Assembly (NCBI GenBank): GCA_963807845.1
Contig: CAWEDS010000001.1
Span: forward strand, 32,368-96,367
Direction: 5' to 3'
DNA: 64,000 nucleotides
Source: an uncultured Gammaproteobacteria bacterium
GTDB taxonomy: Bacteria > Pseudomonadota > Gammaproteobacteria > Steroidobacterales > Woeseiaceae
The notes beneath the pieces are model-generated. The model had not been told where the DNA came from. It saw nothing but the letters and a program-made list of their open reading frames with translations, and made no database searches. Shown here piece after piece: positions 41,589 through 52,741 of this stretch. The first letter of the stretch is position 1. Every line of letters starts with the position of its first letter. The translations under genes were made by a program, and so were the position numbers.

Positions 41589-42556
41589 TTGGATTTACCG
41601 TTTTACAGAAATTACGAGCTGCCGTGGACGTCAGGCGGCGATCAGGAGCGAAAGTTCCGGCGCCTGCTCGGGATCGTAATCCTGGTCTGTGCGCTGCTCG
41701 GCGTCATCTGGCCGTTTATTCCGGTGCCGGAGCCCGGATCCTTACGAGGTGACGGAGATTCCGCCGCGCATCGCGCAAGCTGCTGCTGGAAGAAAAGCCG
41801 CTGCCGCCGCCACCGCCGCCGCCGAAGGAGGAAGAGCCGGAGCCTCGAACGAGGACGACCCGGAGCCCGAACAGGTTGTCGAGGCAGAACCCGAGCCCGA
41901 GCCGAGCTGACGAACCGGAACCCGTTGCCGGAGCCCGATCGCGAAGCGATCGCGCGCGAGCAGGCGCAGGCAGCCTTGATGCCGTTTGCCGAAGATCTGG
42001 CCGACCTGGTCGACAACAGATCTGCTTGACGAACATGGCAGACGATCGCCCGTTGACGGCGTCGGTCGGTGAGGCCGAGCGCAATGAACGCTCGATGATT
42101 ACATCGAAGGTCGGCGCCGCGTCCGGCGGCATCAACACCGCGACCATGAGCCGCAATACCGGCGGCACCGGCATCGCCGGACGTTCGACCACCAAGGTGG
42201 CGAGTCCGGTCGCGGGCATCGGCCAGGCCGGCAGCAGCGCCACGCGCTCCGGATCGAGCGGCAAGGCGTCGCGTTCGCGCGAGGAGATCGAACTGGTGTT
42301 CGACAAGAACAAGGGCGCGATTTTCGCGCTCTACAATCGAGCGCTGCGCATGGATCCGTCGCTCGAGGGCAAGCTGGTTCTCCGGCTGACGATCGCACCG
42401 AGTGGTGCGGTCACGATGTGCGAGGTCGTCTCCAGCGAACTCGGCGATGCGGAGCTGGAGCGCAAACTGGTGCAGCGCATCAAGCTGTTCCGCTTCGAAG
42501 CGAAAGACGTCGAGGCGATTACGACAACCAAGCCGATCGACTTCTTCCCCGCCTGA
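41589..42556 (+). pseudogene. TonB-like energy transducer with an AgmX/PglI-type C-terminal domain, several frame changes
   Basis: N-terminal TM LLGIVILVCALLGVIWPF and a Pro/Glu-rich linker PLPPPPPPPKEEEPEP. C-terminus in ORF 41876..42556: IFALYNRALRMDPSLEGKLVLRLTIAPSGAVTMCEVV ... KPIDFFPA. Confidence 0.65.
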
Positions 42557-42796
42557 TCAAGCGGCGCGCGAGCAACGGGTCAGCAGCCTGCAGCGCCTGC
42601 CCGATACTGTCGCTCCACCGGCAGACTGCGTAAACTTTGCGACTCTCGAGCAATGTAGCTCTGCCGTCAACATGCAGAGGCGGGTGCGACGGATAGTGAA
42701 ATGGCCGGGCTAGCCTCGGGATCGATCCGCCCCCCAAACGGGTGCCGGGTCACTCATCGTGCAGCCTGCAGCGGCCTCGTGCGAAGGGCGTCGTTG

Positions 42797-43303
42797 ATGC
42801 AGCGCTCGACGGGGTTCGACGCGGTCATGCAGAGCGACGCGCGAATCCTGATTCTTGGCAGCCTGCCGGGCCGGCGCTCGATCGAGCAGCAGCAATACTA
42901 CGCTCACCCGCAGAACGCCTTCTGGCCGATCATGCAGGCCCTGTACGGTATCCGCGGCAACTACGTGGAGCGCCTCGGCCAACTGGTGGACAATCATATT
43001 GCGCTGTGGGATGTACTGGAGAGCTCGGTGCGCCCCGGCAGCCTGGATGCCAGCATCGAGACGCCAAGCGCCAGGGCGAACGATTTCGACGGGCTCTTCC
43101 GGGCGTGCCCCGACATTCGTCTCATTGCGTTTAATGGCCAAAAAGCCTCGCAACTCTTTCGCAGGCTGGTGCCTGAAGTGCCGGGCGAAGGTCGTGTTCA
43201 ACAGGTGCAACTCCCTTCAACGAGCCCGGCTTTTGCCGCAATGCCGTTCTCGGTTAAGCTGGAACGATGGCGAGAGGCGCTCGGGCCGGCTACGGCTAAA
43301 TGA
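42797..43303 (+). CDS. DNA-deoxyinosine (hypoxanthine) glycosylase, UDG superfamily
   Basis: Uses the internal Met MQRSTGF.... ILILGSLPGRRSIEQQQYYAHPQNAFWPIM, IALWDVL, IAFNGQKA and LPSTSPA are typical of this family. Confidence 0.7.
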   Translation: MQRSTGFDAVMQSDARILILGSLPGRRSIEQQQYYAHPQNAFWPIMQALYGIRGNYVERLGQLVDNHIALWDVLESSVRPGSLDASIETPSARANDFDGLFRACPDIRLIAFNGQKASQLFRRLVPEVPGEGRVQQVQLPSTSPAFAAMPFSVKLERWREALGPATAK

Positions 43304-43318
43304 CCCAGGGGGTGTGCA

Positions 43319-43693
43319 ATGATCGGATACGTAACGTTAGGAACCAACCGCTACGAAGACGCGGCGAACTTTTACGATGATCTGCTGGCCGTTATCGGCG
43401 CGGGTCGCATCATGGAAGGCGACACCTTTATAGCGTGGTCCACGGGCCCGCAATCACCCGCGATCTCGATTCTTCGCCCGTACGATGGCAAGGACGCGAC
43501 CGTGGGCAACGGCATCATGGTCGCGATTGCAGCCGGTTCACCCGACAAGGTAAACGCCCTGCACGCCAAAGCGCTGCAGTTGGGTGGTACGGACGAGGGC
43601 GCGCCAGGATCGCGCGGCGACAATTTCTACGCCGCCTATTTTCGCGATCTCGACGGCAACAAGCTCAATGCGTTTTGCATGACCAAAGGTTGA
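43319..43693 (+). CDS. VOC (glyoxalase/bleomycin-resistance/dioxygenase) family protein
   Basis: 124-aa intact ORF with IGYVTLGTNRYEDAANFY ... YAAYFRDLDGNKL. Confidence 0.7.
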   Translation: MIGYVTLGTNRYEDAANFYDDLLAVIGAGRIMEGDTFIAWSTGPQSPAISILRPYDGKDATVGNGIMVAIAAGSPDKVNALHAKALQLGGTDEGAPGSRGDNFYAAYFRDLDGNKLNAFCMTKG

Positions 43694-43699
43694 TCGCCC

Positions 43700-44128
43700 A
43701 TGGACCAGAACCTGATTTTGCAACCGATGCTCGCCATGATGCTGCTCACCGCCGTTGTATGGGTCGTTTTATACGCGCGGCGAATTCCGGCGATGAAGCG
43801 GGCGCGAAAACCGGTGCAGGCGTACGCAACGCCTGACAAGACGATGGAATACCTGCCGGACAGCGTCAACTACCCCGCGCATAATTTCAGGAACCTGTTC
43901 GAGTTGCCGGTGTTGTTTTACGGACTGTGCCTGTACTTGCACGTCACGGGCACGGTCGACGCGACCTATCGTTGTGGCGGCATGGCTGTTCGTGGCGTTC
44001 CGGGTACTGCACAGCCTGGTGCAATGCACGTCGAATATCGTGATGTTGCGCTTTTACCTGTACCTGGGCGGCGCGCTGTCACTCTGGTTCATGCTGGGGC
44101 GCGCGCTGCTCGGAAGCCTCGGCCAATA
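43700..44128 (+). pseudogene. MAPEG-family membrane protein, one frame break ~43970
   Basis: TM-rich N-terminus in ORF 43700... The C-terminal part ...AAWLFVAFRVLHSLVQCTSNIVMLRFYLYLGGALSLWFML is in another frame, ending at TAA 44126-44128. Confidence 0.6.
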
Positions 44129-44145
44129 AGCCGACGCGGGGCTGC

Positions 44146-44514
<369 letters not shown>

Positions 44515-44579
44515 TCACGTATGCTAGCAACAGGCCCGAGAGATGTGTACAGCCGGGACGAAATGACTGAAAGGGCGTA

Positions 44580-45608
44580 ATGAGGACAGACGCAGCATTG
44601 ATCAAGGAGCCAGACGGCCTGGCGTATTACGGGGCGGCGACCGGCTACGCCATCGTCGCCTATGTGCTGGGATTTGCCGGCCTTTTTCACCAGCAGTGGC
44701 CGGTGAATCTGCTGGCGACGCTGTTGCTGGCGCACGCGATGACGATCGCGGCCTACCTTATCCATGAATGCGGTCACAACCTGGTGTTCTCGCACCGGCG
44801 GCACAATGCGCAACTGGGGCGATTCATGAGCTGGCTGTGCGGCGCCGCGTACGGCACCTACGAAGATATTCGCTACAAGCATTTTCGCCACCATGTCGAC
44901 AACGACGATGTGGTCTGGTTCGACTACGACCGGTTTTTTGAAGAGCACCCGGTATTGACCCGGATTATTCGCGTGCTCGAGTGGTTCTATATCCCCGCGC
45001 ACGATTTGCTCATGCATGCGGTCATGGTGTTCACGTCCTTCGTCATTCCGGCGCGTCGCAAGCAGCGTGTTCGCAACGTGACCGTCATACTGGTTCGCGG
45101 CGGCGTGTTTGCGGCATTGCTGATTGTCGTGCCCAAGGTCGCCGTTCTCTATGTCGATTGCCTACATGATCATGATGCACATACTCCGTTTTATGGACAG
45201 CGTGCAGCACGACTATCCGTACAACACGACGCTGTTCGATTACGTGAAGCCGCCGCACAAGGGCGATTTCGCCTGGGAGCAGCGGCACACGTTCAGTAAC
45301 CCGCTGAGCCTGCGGTTCCCGAAGCTCAACTGGATCACGCTGAATTTCGGCTACCACAATGCGCACCACGCCAACATGAACGTGCCGTGGTATCGATTGC
45401 CCCAACTGCATGAGGAGATGACGGGGAACGATCCGCCGAGGTCATTCCGTTGGTCTCGCAACTCAGGCTGTACCATCGCAACCGGGTGCGCCGCATTTAC
45501 AATCCGCAGCCGGCGGACTATCCGACCGGTGCCGATTATTTGCGCGTTGCCCGGTCGGGTGCCGGGCCCATCGGCGGCAATGCCGCGTCTTTTTTGACCT
45601 CGTTCTGA
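44580..45608 (+). pseudogene. membrane fatty-acid desaturase family protein, two frame changes (~45150, ~45440)
   Basis: His boxes HECGHN, HFRHHVDND and YHNAHHANMNVPWYRL are spread over ORFs 44580.. and 45124.. plus a third frame to TGA 45606-45608. Confidence 0.7.
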
Positions 45609-45647
45609 AACGCGCGCCGCCAAACAGTCAACACAAGGGGAAGCAGT

Positions 45648-46025
45648 ATGTCGGATGAAAACAAAGTGGGCAGCATTGGCTGGATCGACATGAGCACCGA
45701 TGATGCGCCCGGGCTCAGGGACTTCTATAAGAAAGTGGTCGGCTGGCAGTCGCAGGAGGTCAGCATGGGGGACTACGCCGACTACTCGATGCACATGCCG
45801 GGGAGCGGCGAGGCGGTAACGGGTATTTGTCATGCGCGTGGCAGTAACGAGGCGCTGCGTGGTGGATGGTTGATCTACATCGTTGTTGAGGACGTACACG
45901 CCAGCGCAACCGCCTGCGAGGCGAACGGCGGCCAGGTCAAGGTTCTACCGCGTGAATTGTCGGGCGGGCAGTTTTGTGTGATCGAAGATCCCAGTGGCGC
46001 CGTCGCGGCGCTGTATCAGCCCTAG
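45648..46025 (+). CDS. VOC (glyoxalase-like) family protein
   Basis: 125-aa intact ORF with IGWIDMSTDDAPGLRDFYKKVVGW ... FCVIEDPSGAVAALYQP. Confidence 0.7.
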   Translation: MSDENKVGSIGWIDMSTDDAPGLRDFYKKVVGWQSQEVSMGDYADYSMHMPGSGEAVTGICHARGSNEALRGGWLIYIVVEDVHASATACEANGGQVKVLPRELSGGQFCVIEDPSGAVAALYQP

Positions 46026-46035
46026 TCGCAATACC

Positions 46036-46831
46036 TTGAGTTCCCGATTCGACAAACCAGAGTGGCATGCCGCGCTGGCAGGCCTGGTGAAATCTGCCGA
46101 GGACGCGGAGATCGCTGCGGCACTGGTCGATGTCATCGGCGCTTCGGTCGAGCACGATGCGACGTGCCTGCTCGCGTTCCATCGCGACGCGGCACCGGAG
46201 GTGCTGCACCACACGATGTCGCCGAGCAGGGCGCGACATTACCTGGACCGCTACCTGGCCGGACCGTATCTACTCGATCCGCTGTATCAGCTGGCGCTGC
46301 GCAAGAAGCGGCCGGCCATGTGCCGTTGTCGTGACGAAACACCCGACCGGTTTCGCTCCAGCGAATACTATCGCCACTACTATGAACGCACCCATCTCGC
46401 GGACGAGATGGACTTTCTTGTCGACGTACGTGCGAACAGCACGCTGGTGCTGGTAGTGGGCCGCTGGGAAACGCGGTTTTCGCGGGCGGACGCTGCGCGC
46501 CTGCGTTTGATACAGCCAATCATCAGTGCGGCCATGCAGCGCTTGTGGGATACCTGGTCGGCGGGCCATTCCGACGATGAGACGAGATCTCAGCATGCAC
46601 CAGAAGCTAACGCAGTGTTTCGAGCGATTCGGTGAAGCGTCCCTGACGCAGCGCGAGCGGCAGATCACCCAGTTGCTGTTGCGCGGTCATTCCTCGAAGT
46701 CGATTGCGCGCGAGCTGGAAATCGCGCCAGGGACGGTGATGGTGCACAAGCGCAACATGTTTCTGAAGCTCGGCATTACGTCACAATACGAACTCTTTTC
46801 GCTGTTCATCCAGAAGCTGTCCGCCCTGTGA
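46036..46831 (+). pseudogene. LuxR-family (GerE-type HTH) transcriptional regulator, one frame break ~46590
   Basis: C-terminal LTQRERQITQLLLRGHSSKSIARELEIAPGTVMVHKRNMFLKLGI in ORF 46526..46831. The N-terminal domain is in ORF 45994..46635. TTG start proposed at 46036. Confidence 0.7.
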
Positions 46832-46928
46832 GCCGCGCCCACCCGTACCGCGCGATAGGTATTCAGCTCTGCCGGAAATGAGCCGACAATGACTTACAGG
46901 AGATGGGTCATGCTGATGCAGAGGCGTT

Positions 46929-48093
46929 ATGTCGATTTTTGAATTTGACTTTGGTCATGGTGAGGACCTGGACCTGCTGCGCGAGACCGTGCGAGGTTTT
47001 GCCAGCGATCAGATCGCCCCGCGTGCCGCGGCGATCGATGAGAAGAACGAATTCCCGCGCGACCTGTGGCCGGAACTCGGCGCGCTCGGATTGCTCGGTA
47101 TCACGGTTGAAGACGAATACGGCGGATCGGAACTGGGCTACCTCGCGCACGTCATTGCGATGGAAGAGATCAGTCGCGCGTCGGCATCGGTCGGTCTTTC
47201 TTACGGCGCGCACTCCAACCTGTGCGTCAATCAGCTGCGACGCTGGGGCAGCCCGGAGCAAAAGCGCCGGCACCTGCCGAAACTGGTATCCGGCGAGCAC
47301 CTCGGCGCGCTCGCCATGAGCGAGCCGGGCGCGGGTTCCGACGTGATGAGCATGCGCACCACGGCGACGCGCGATGGCGAGCACTACGTTTTGAACGGCT
47401 CCAAGATGTGGATTACCAACGCACCCGGCGCGGACGTGATGATCGTCTATGCGAAGACCGACGTCGACGCCGGCAGCCAGCGGCGTCAGCGCGTTCCTCG
47501 TGGAACGGGGATCGCCCGGTCTTTCGACGCCGCAGAAACTCGACAAGCTCGGGATGCGCGGCTCCGATACCAGCGAGGTGCTGTTGGACAACTGTCGCGT
47601 GCCGGTCGAGAATTTACTGGCTGAAGAGGGCAAGGGCGCGGCTATTTTGATGAGTGGTCTTGACTACGAGCGCGTCGTGCTGGCCGGCGGATCGCTCGGT
47701 ATCATGGCCGCGTGCATGGATGTCGTCATGCCCTACGTGCACGATCGCAAGCAATTTGGCCAGCCGATCGGGGAGTTCCAGCTCATGCAGGGCAAAATCG
47801 CCGACATGTATACGACAATGAATTCCTGTCGAGCCTATGTCTATGCGGTGGCAAGGGCCTGCGATCGCGGCCGTGCGACGCGCTTCGATGCCGCAGGCTG
47901 TATTCTGGTGGCGGCCGAGCGGGCCACCTGGATGGCGGGTGAGGCGATACAGGCGCTCGGCGGCAACGGGTATATTAATGAGTATCCGGTCGGCCGATTG
48001 TGGCGTGACGCCAAGCTGTACGAGATCGGCGCCGGCACCAGCGAGATACGTCGCATGCTGATCGGTCGTGAATTGTTCAGCGCCTCGAAGTAG
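46929..48093 (+). pseudogene. liuA: isovaleryl-CoA dehydrogenase, one frame break ~47480
   Basis: [46 protein letters not shown] and, in the next frame, GVSAFLVE...[20 protein letters not shown]. Confidence 0.85.
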
Positions 48094-48113
48094 CCAACCC
48101 CGGACGAGATTGC

Positions 48114-49724
48114 ATGCCCGTAATAAAAACCAAAGTCGATCGTGAGTCAGACGATTTCAAAAAGAACGCCGAGGCCAACATGGCGCTGGCCGACAACCTG
48201 CGGGAAGTTGATGACTATGTGATGCAGGGCGGCCCCGAGCGATCACGCGAAAAACACCTGGCGCGCGGCAAGCTGTTGCCACGCGACCGCATCCGGGAAC
48301 TGCTGGATGAGGGCTCGCCGTTTCTCGAGGTTGGCCGCCAGGCGGCGTGGCAGGTTTACAGCGACGATGTGCCCTCTGCGGGTATCGTCGTTGGCATTGG
48401 CCGAATTCACGGTATCGATTGCATGATCGTTGCCAACGACGCCACGGTGAAGGGCGGCACCTACTACCCGCTGACCGTCAAGAAGCATTTGCGCGCGCAG
48501 GAGATTGCGGCGCAAAACCACCTGCCCTGTATTTACCTGGTGGACTCCGGCGGCGCGTTCCTGCCGCGGCAGGACGAAGTGTTTCCGGATCGCGATCACT
48601 TCGGTCGCATCTTTTTCAACCAGGCAAAGCTGTCGGCAAAAGGCATTCCGCAAATTGCGGTGGTCATGGGCTCCTGTACCGCAGGCGGTGCCTACGTGCC
48701 GGCGATGTGCGATGAGTCGATCATCGTGCGCAACCAGGGCACGATATTCCTTGGCGGCCCACCGCTGGTCAAGGCGGCCACCGGTGAGGTTGTTGACGCC
48801 GAGACGCTCGGCGGGGGCAGCGTGCATTCGCGAATTTCCGGCGTGACCGACCACCTGGCCGACGATGACCGTCATGCGCTCTCGATCGCCCGTGACATCG
48901 TCGACAACCTGAATCGACAGCGGGCGCCGGAGACTCTGCGGCGCGAGCCACGGGATCCCGCTTACCCGATCGATGACGTCTACGGCATCGTCTCGCGGGA
49001 GTATCGCTTTCCCTACGATATTCGCGAGGTTATCGCGCGCATCGTCGACGCCTCGGAGTTCCAGGAGTTCAAGAAGCTGTATGGCGCAACCCTCGTCTGC
49101 GGGTTTGCGCATATCGACGGCTACCCGGTCGGTGTGGTTGCCAACAACGGCATCTTGTTTCCGGAGTCCGCACAAAAAGGCGCGCACTTCATCCAGTTGT
49201 GCAATCGGCGGCGTATTCCGCTGGTGTTCCTGCAGAACATTACCGGCTTCATGGTCGGCAAGCGCGTCGAGCATGCCGGTATCGCCAAAGACGGGGCCAA
49301 GATGGTCAATGCGGTTGCATCGGCAACCGTGCCGAAATTCACCGTGGTGATCGGCGGCTCTTTTGGCGCCGGCAACTACGCCATGTGCGGTCGTGCCTAC
49401 AATCCACGACTCATGTGGATGTGGCCGAATGCGCGCATCTCCGTGATGGGCGGCGAGCAGGCCTCGCTGGTGCTGTCGACCGTGAAAAGCGAAGGCGCTC
49501 GAGGCGCGTGGCGAAACGTGGTCGGACAAGGACAAGGGCGACTACGAGGAGATGATCCGCCAGCAGTATGAAACACAGGGGCACCCCTACTATGCCAGCG
49601 CACGCCTGTGGGACGATGGTGTGATTGACCCGGTGACCACGCGCGACGTGCTGGCACTGGGGCTCGCCACGGCCATGAATGCCGCGCCACCGATGAGGAG
49701 CCGTTCGGCATTTTCCGCATGTAG
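48114..49724 (+). pseudogene. liuB: methylcrotonyl-CoA carboxylase beta (carboxyltransferase) subunit, two frame changes (~49492, ~49688)
   Basis: [43 protein letters not shown] and the tail [29 protein letters not shown] in the frame of ORF 49552... Confidence 0.85.
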
Positions 49725-49860
49725 CTGTAAACTGCGGCGACATGAGCAAAGAAGCTACCTATTGGTTTTTATCGTATCGCCGTGGCGCCGGCGCCAACGT
49801 CGCCGCAAGCGGCAAGGCGGCCGCAGCCGCCGTAACGATGCCTCGGACCCGGGCAGATAG

Positions 49861-50929
49861 ATGAGCCAGCGAACGCAGCAAAACAGCGGCACCCGCGCGG
49901 TGCGCGACGCGCATCGCTTCGATGAGCAGGCTCTGCTCGACTACCTGTCGTCGCATCTCGAGGACTTCAGGGCGCCATTGACCGTCAGCCAGTTCAAGGG
50001 CGGGCAGTCCAATCCGACCTACCTGATCGAAGCGGCGTCGGGCCGCTACGTACTGCGGCGCAAACCGCCCGGCAAGTTGCTCAAATCAGCGCACGCGGTG
50101 GATCGGGAGTTTCGTATTATCAGCGCCCTGCACCGCGTCGGGTTTCCGGTGCCGAGGCCGATGCTGCTGTGCGAGGACGACGACGTCATCGGCACTACTT
50201 TTTTCGTCATGGACTTCGTCGAGGGGCGCATCTTCTGGGACCTCGACCTGCCGGGGCTCGAGCGCGACGAGCGTACGGCGATCTACGACAACGTCAACGC
50301 GACGCTCGCCAAGCTGCACAACTACGACTACGCGGAACTCGGCCTCGAGGATTACGGCAAACCGGGCAACTATTTTGCGCGGCAAATTTCTCGATGGTCC
50401 GGTCAGTACCGGGCCTCGGAAACGAAAACGGTCGAGGCGATGGATGCGCTGATCGAATGGTTACCGCAGAATATTCCGCCGGATGAGTCGGTGAGTATCG
50501 TGCACGGCGATTTCCGGCTGGACAATATGATTCTTCATCCGACGGAGCCGCGCGTTATCGCCGTGCTTGACTGGGAGTTGTCGACGATCGGTCACCCGCT
50601 CGCGGACTTCACCTACCACCTGATGACCTGGCAAATGCCGGAAATCGGTATCGGTTCCGTCGGCCTGGCAGGGAAGCCGTTGCAGGAACTCGGTATTCCG
50701 GACGAAGAGGCGTATATTCAACGCTATTGCGAACGCACCGGCCGCGACAGCCGGCATAGCCAATCGCAATTTTTACTCGGCCTTCAATTTCTTTCGCCTG
50801 GCCGCCATCCTGCAGGGCATCGCAGGCCGGGTGCGGGACGGCACGGCGGCCAGCGCGCATGCCGACCAGGCGGTTAAAGCCGTCTTGCCGCTGGCTGATA
50901 TTGGCTGGCGCTTTGCAAACCAGGGATAA
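49861..50929 (+). pseudogene. aminoglycoside-phosphotransferase-like kinase (ACAD10/11 N-terminal-like), one frame break ~50750
   Basis: QFKGGQSNPTYLI, VLRRKPPG, IVHGDFRLDNMIL and VLDWELSTIGHPLADF. The C-terminus NFFRLAAILQGIAGR is in another frame, ending at 50929. Confidence 0.75.
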
Positions 50930-50962
50930 GACGCGAGCACTAAGTCGCAGAACGGAATCACT

Positions 50963-51820
50963 ATGGCACTGAACTACGATGAACTGATGTCGAAGTCGAT
51001 CTACGACATCCCGTTCAGGTACACGGATACCGAGACGATACTCTACGCGCTGAGCGTCGGTATGGGACAGGACCCGATGAACGCACGCGAACTGCCGTTC
51101 GTTTACGAACAGGACGGGCCACTGCAGACGGTGCCCACGTTGTCGACGGTGCTGGTGCCCGACATGTTTCCTCCTGATCTCGGGTGGGATTACAGCCAGG
51201 TGCTGCACGCGGAACAGCGCATGCAGCTTTACCGGCCGTTGCCGCCGGCGGCCGATTTGCTGATCAACAAGAGAGTCGTCGATGCGTTTGATCGCGGTCC
51301 CAGTCGGGGCGCGCTGATCCTGCTCGAAGCCGAGGGCCGGCTGGCCAGCGATGACACCGTCCTGTTCACCCTGGGTTGTACGATCATGGCGCGCGGGGAC
51401 GGCGGTTTCGGCGGCCCGACGGGCAAGGGACCACCGCCACATCGTGCACCGACTCGCGAGGCCGACCTGAGCTGCGACATCGTGACGCGACCGGACCAGA
51501 GCCTGCTTTACCGTCTGACCGGGGATCGCAATCCACTGCACGCGGATCCGAGCCACGCCGCTGTCGTGGGTTTCGACAGGCCGATACTGCACGGGCTCTG
51601 CACGTTCGGCGTGGCCTGCAAAGCGGTGCTGAAAACCATCTGCGACTACGACTACACGCTGATCAGGGAATTCGACGCACGCTTTTCGGCACCGGTGCTA
51701 CCGGGTGATACGATAACGACGGAAATGTGGCAGGACGGCAACGTCGTGTCGTTTCGATGCAGTGTCAAGGAACGCAACAGCGTGGTATTGCGAAACGGCA
51801 AATGCACGCTCGCCGTGTAA
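50963..51820 (+). CDS. MaoC-family (double hot-dog) dehydratase
   Basis: Intact 285-aa ORF with YRLTGDRNPLHADP ... ILHGLCTFG in the C-terminal hot-dog. Confidence 0.8.
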   Translation: MALNYDELMSKSIYDIPFRYTDTETILYALSVGMGQDPMNARELPFVYEQDGPLQTVPTLSTVLVPDMFPPDLGWDYSQVLHAEQRMQLYRPLPPAADLLINKRVVDAFDRGPSRGALILLEAEGRLASDDTVLFTLGCTIMARGDGGFGGPTGKGPPPHRAPTREADLSCDIVTRPDQSLLYRLTGDRNPLHADPSHAAVVGFDRPILHGLCTFGVACKAVLKTICDYDYTLIREFDARFSAPVLPGDTITTEMWQDGNVVSFRCSVKERNSVVLRNGKCTLAV

Positions 51821-51837
51821 CGACCGGAGGCAGGAAA

Positions 51838-52629
51838 TTGAACGATCGGGTGAAAATCAGTCTTAAAGACCATGTTGCAGAAGTGCTGCTCGATCGGGCC
51901 GACAAGTACAATGCACTGGACATGCAGATGTTCGAGGCGCTCGGCGAGGCGGCTGACATGCTCGCGACGGAACCGGGGCTGCGCGCGGTCGTGCTGCACG
52001 GCGCCGGTGACAATTTCTGTGCCGGTATTGACGTTGCCATGTTCGCGCATCCCGATTTCAAGATCGACGCTACGATGATGCAGCCGGTGCCGGGGTCGAG
52101 CGCCAACCTGTTCCAGCGGGCGGCCTATGCCTGGCGCGAACTGCAGGTGCCGGTTATCTGTGCGCTCCAGGGCATTACCTACGGCGGCGGCCTGCAGATC
52201 GCGCTCGGCGCGGATCTTCGTTACGCGGCACCCAACACACGCTTTTCGATCATGGAGACGAAATGGGGCCTGATTCCGGACATGGCGATCAGCACCACGT
52301 TACGCGATATCGTGCGTCCCGACCGGCTCAAGGAACTGGCCTGGTCGGCGCGGGTTTTCGACGCGGCTGAGGCGCTCGAACTCGGCATCGTCACCGCCAT
52401 TCACGACGACCCGCTTGGCGCGGCGCGAGACTTCGCCAAAGAATGTGCGGCACGGTCGCCTGAGGCGATTCGCGGTATCAAGCGGCTGGTGAACGAGGCG
52501 TGGCACCTTGGCGAGCCAGAGGCCCTGGCGCTCGAAGCCGAGCTGCAATCCGGCATCATGGGCTCTCGCAACCAGGCTGAAGCGGTGCGGGCCAACATCG
52601 AGAAGCGCGCCGCGGAGTTTACAGACTGA
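51838..52629 (+). CDS. enoyl-CoA hydratase/isomerase (crotonase) family protein
   Basis: TTG start after GGAGG. VLLDRADKYNALD, GAGDNFCAGIDV, ALQGITYGGGLQIALGAD and ETKWGLIPD. Confidence 0.8.
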   Translation: MNDRVKISLKDHVAEVLLDRADKYNALDMQMFEALGEAADMLATEPGLRAVVLHGAGDNFCAGIDVAMFAHPDFKIDATMMQPVPGSSANLFQRAAYAWRELQVPVICALQGITYGGGLQIALGADLRYAAPNTRFSIMETKWGLIPDMAISTTLRDIVRPDRLKELAWSARVFDAAEALELGIVTAIHDDPLGAARDFAKECAARSPEAIRGIKRLVNEAWHLGEPEALALEAELQSGIMGSRNQAEAVRANIEKRAAEFTD

Positions 52630-52741
52630 TTGCCGGGCGACGTTTTGCGCGCGGCGCCGGAACTTGCGGCATCGATCTGGACTCCAAGCTGATATTGACG
52701 AGGCTCGGGAGATCACGGTTAACACAGTGAGCAGGTTTTAG

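Noticed and set aside
48243-49535. 430-aa ORF antisense to the carboxyltransferase gene. Likewise 57565..58806 is antisense to the OFA transporter, and 55844..56767 and 50609..51592 are antisense to icmF and the kinase/MaoC genes.
   Set aside because: Same reasoning: low-complexity Arg/His/Ala-rich translations lying opposite genes that carry clear family motifs.
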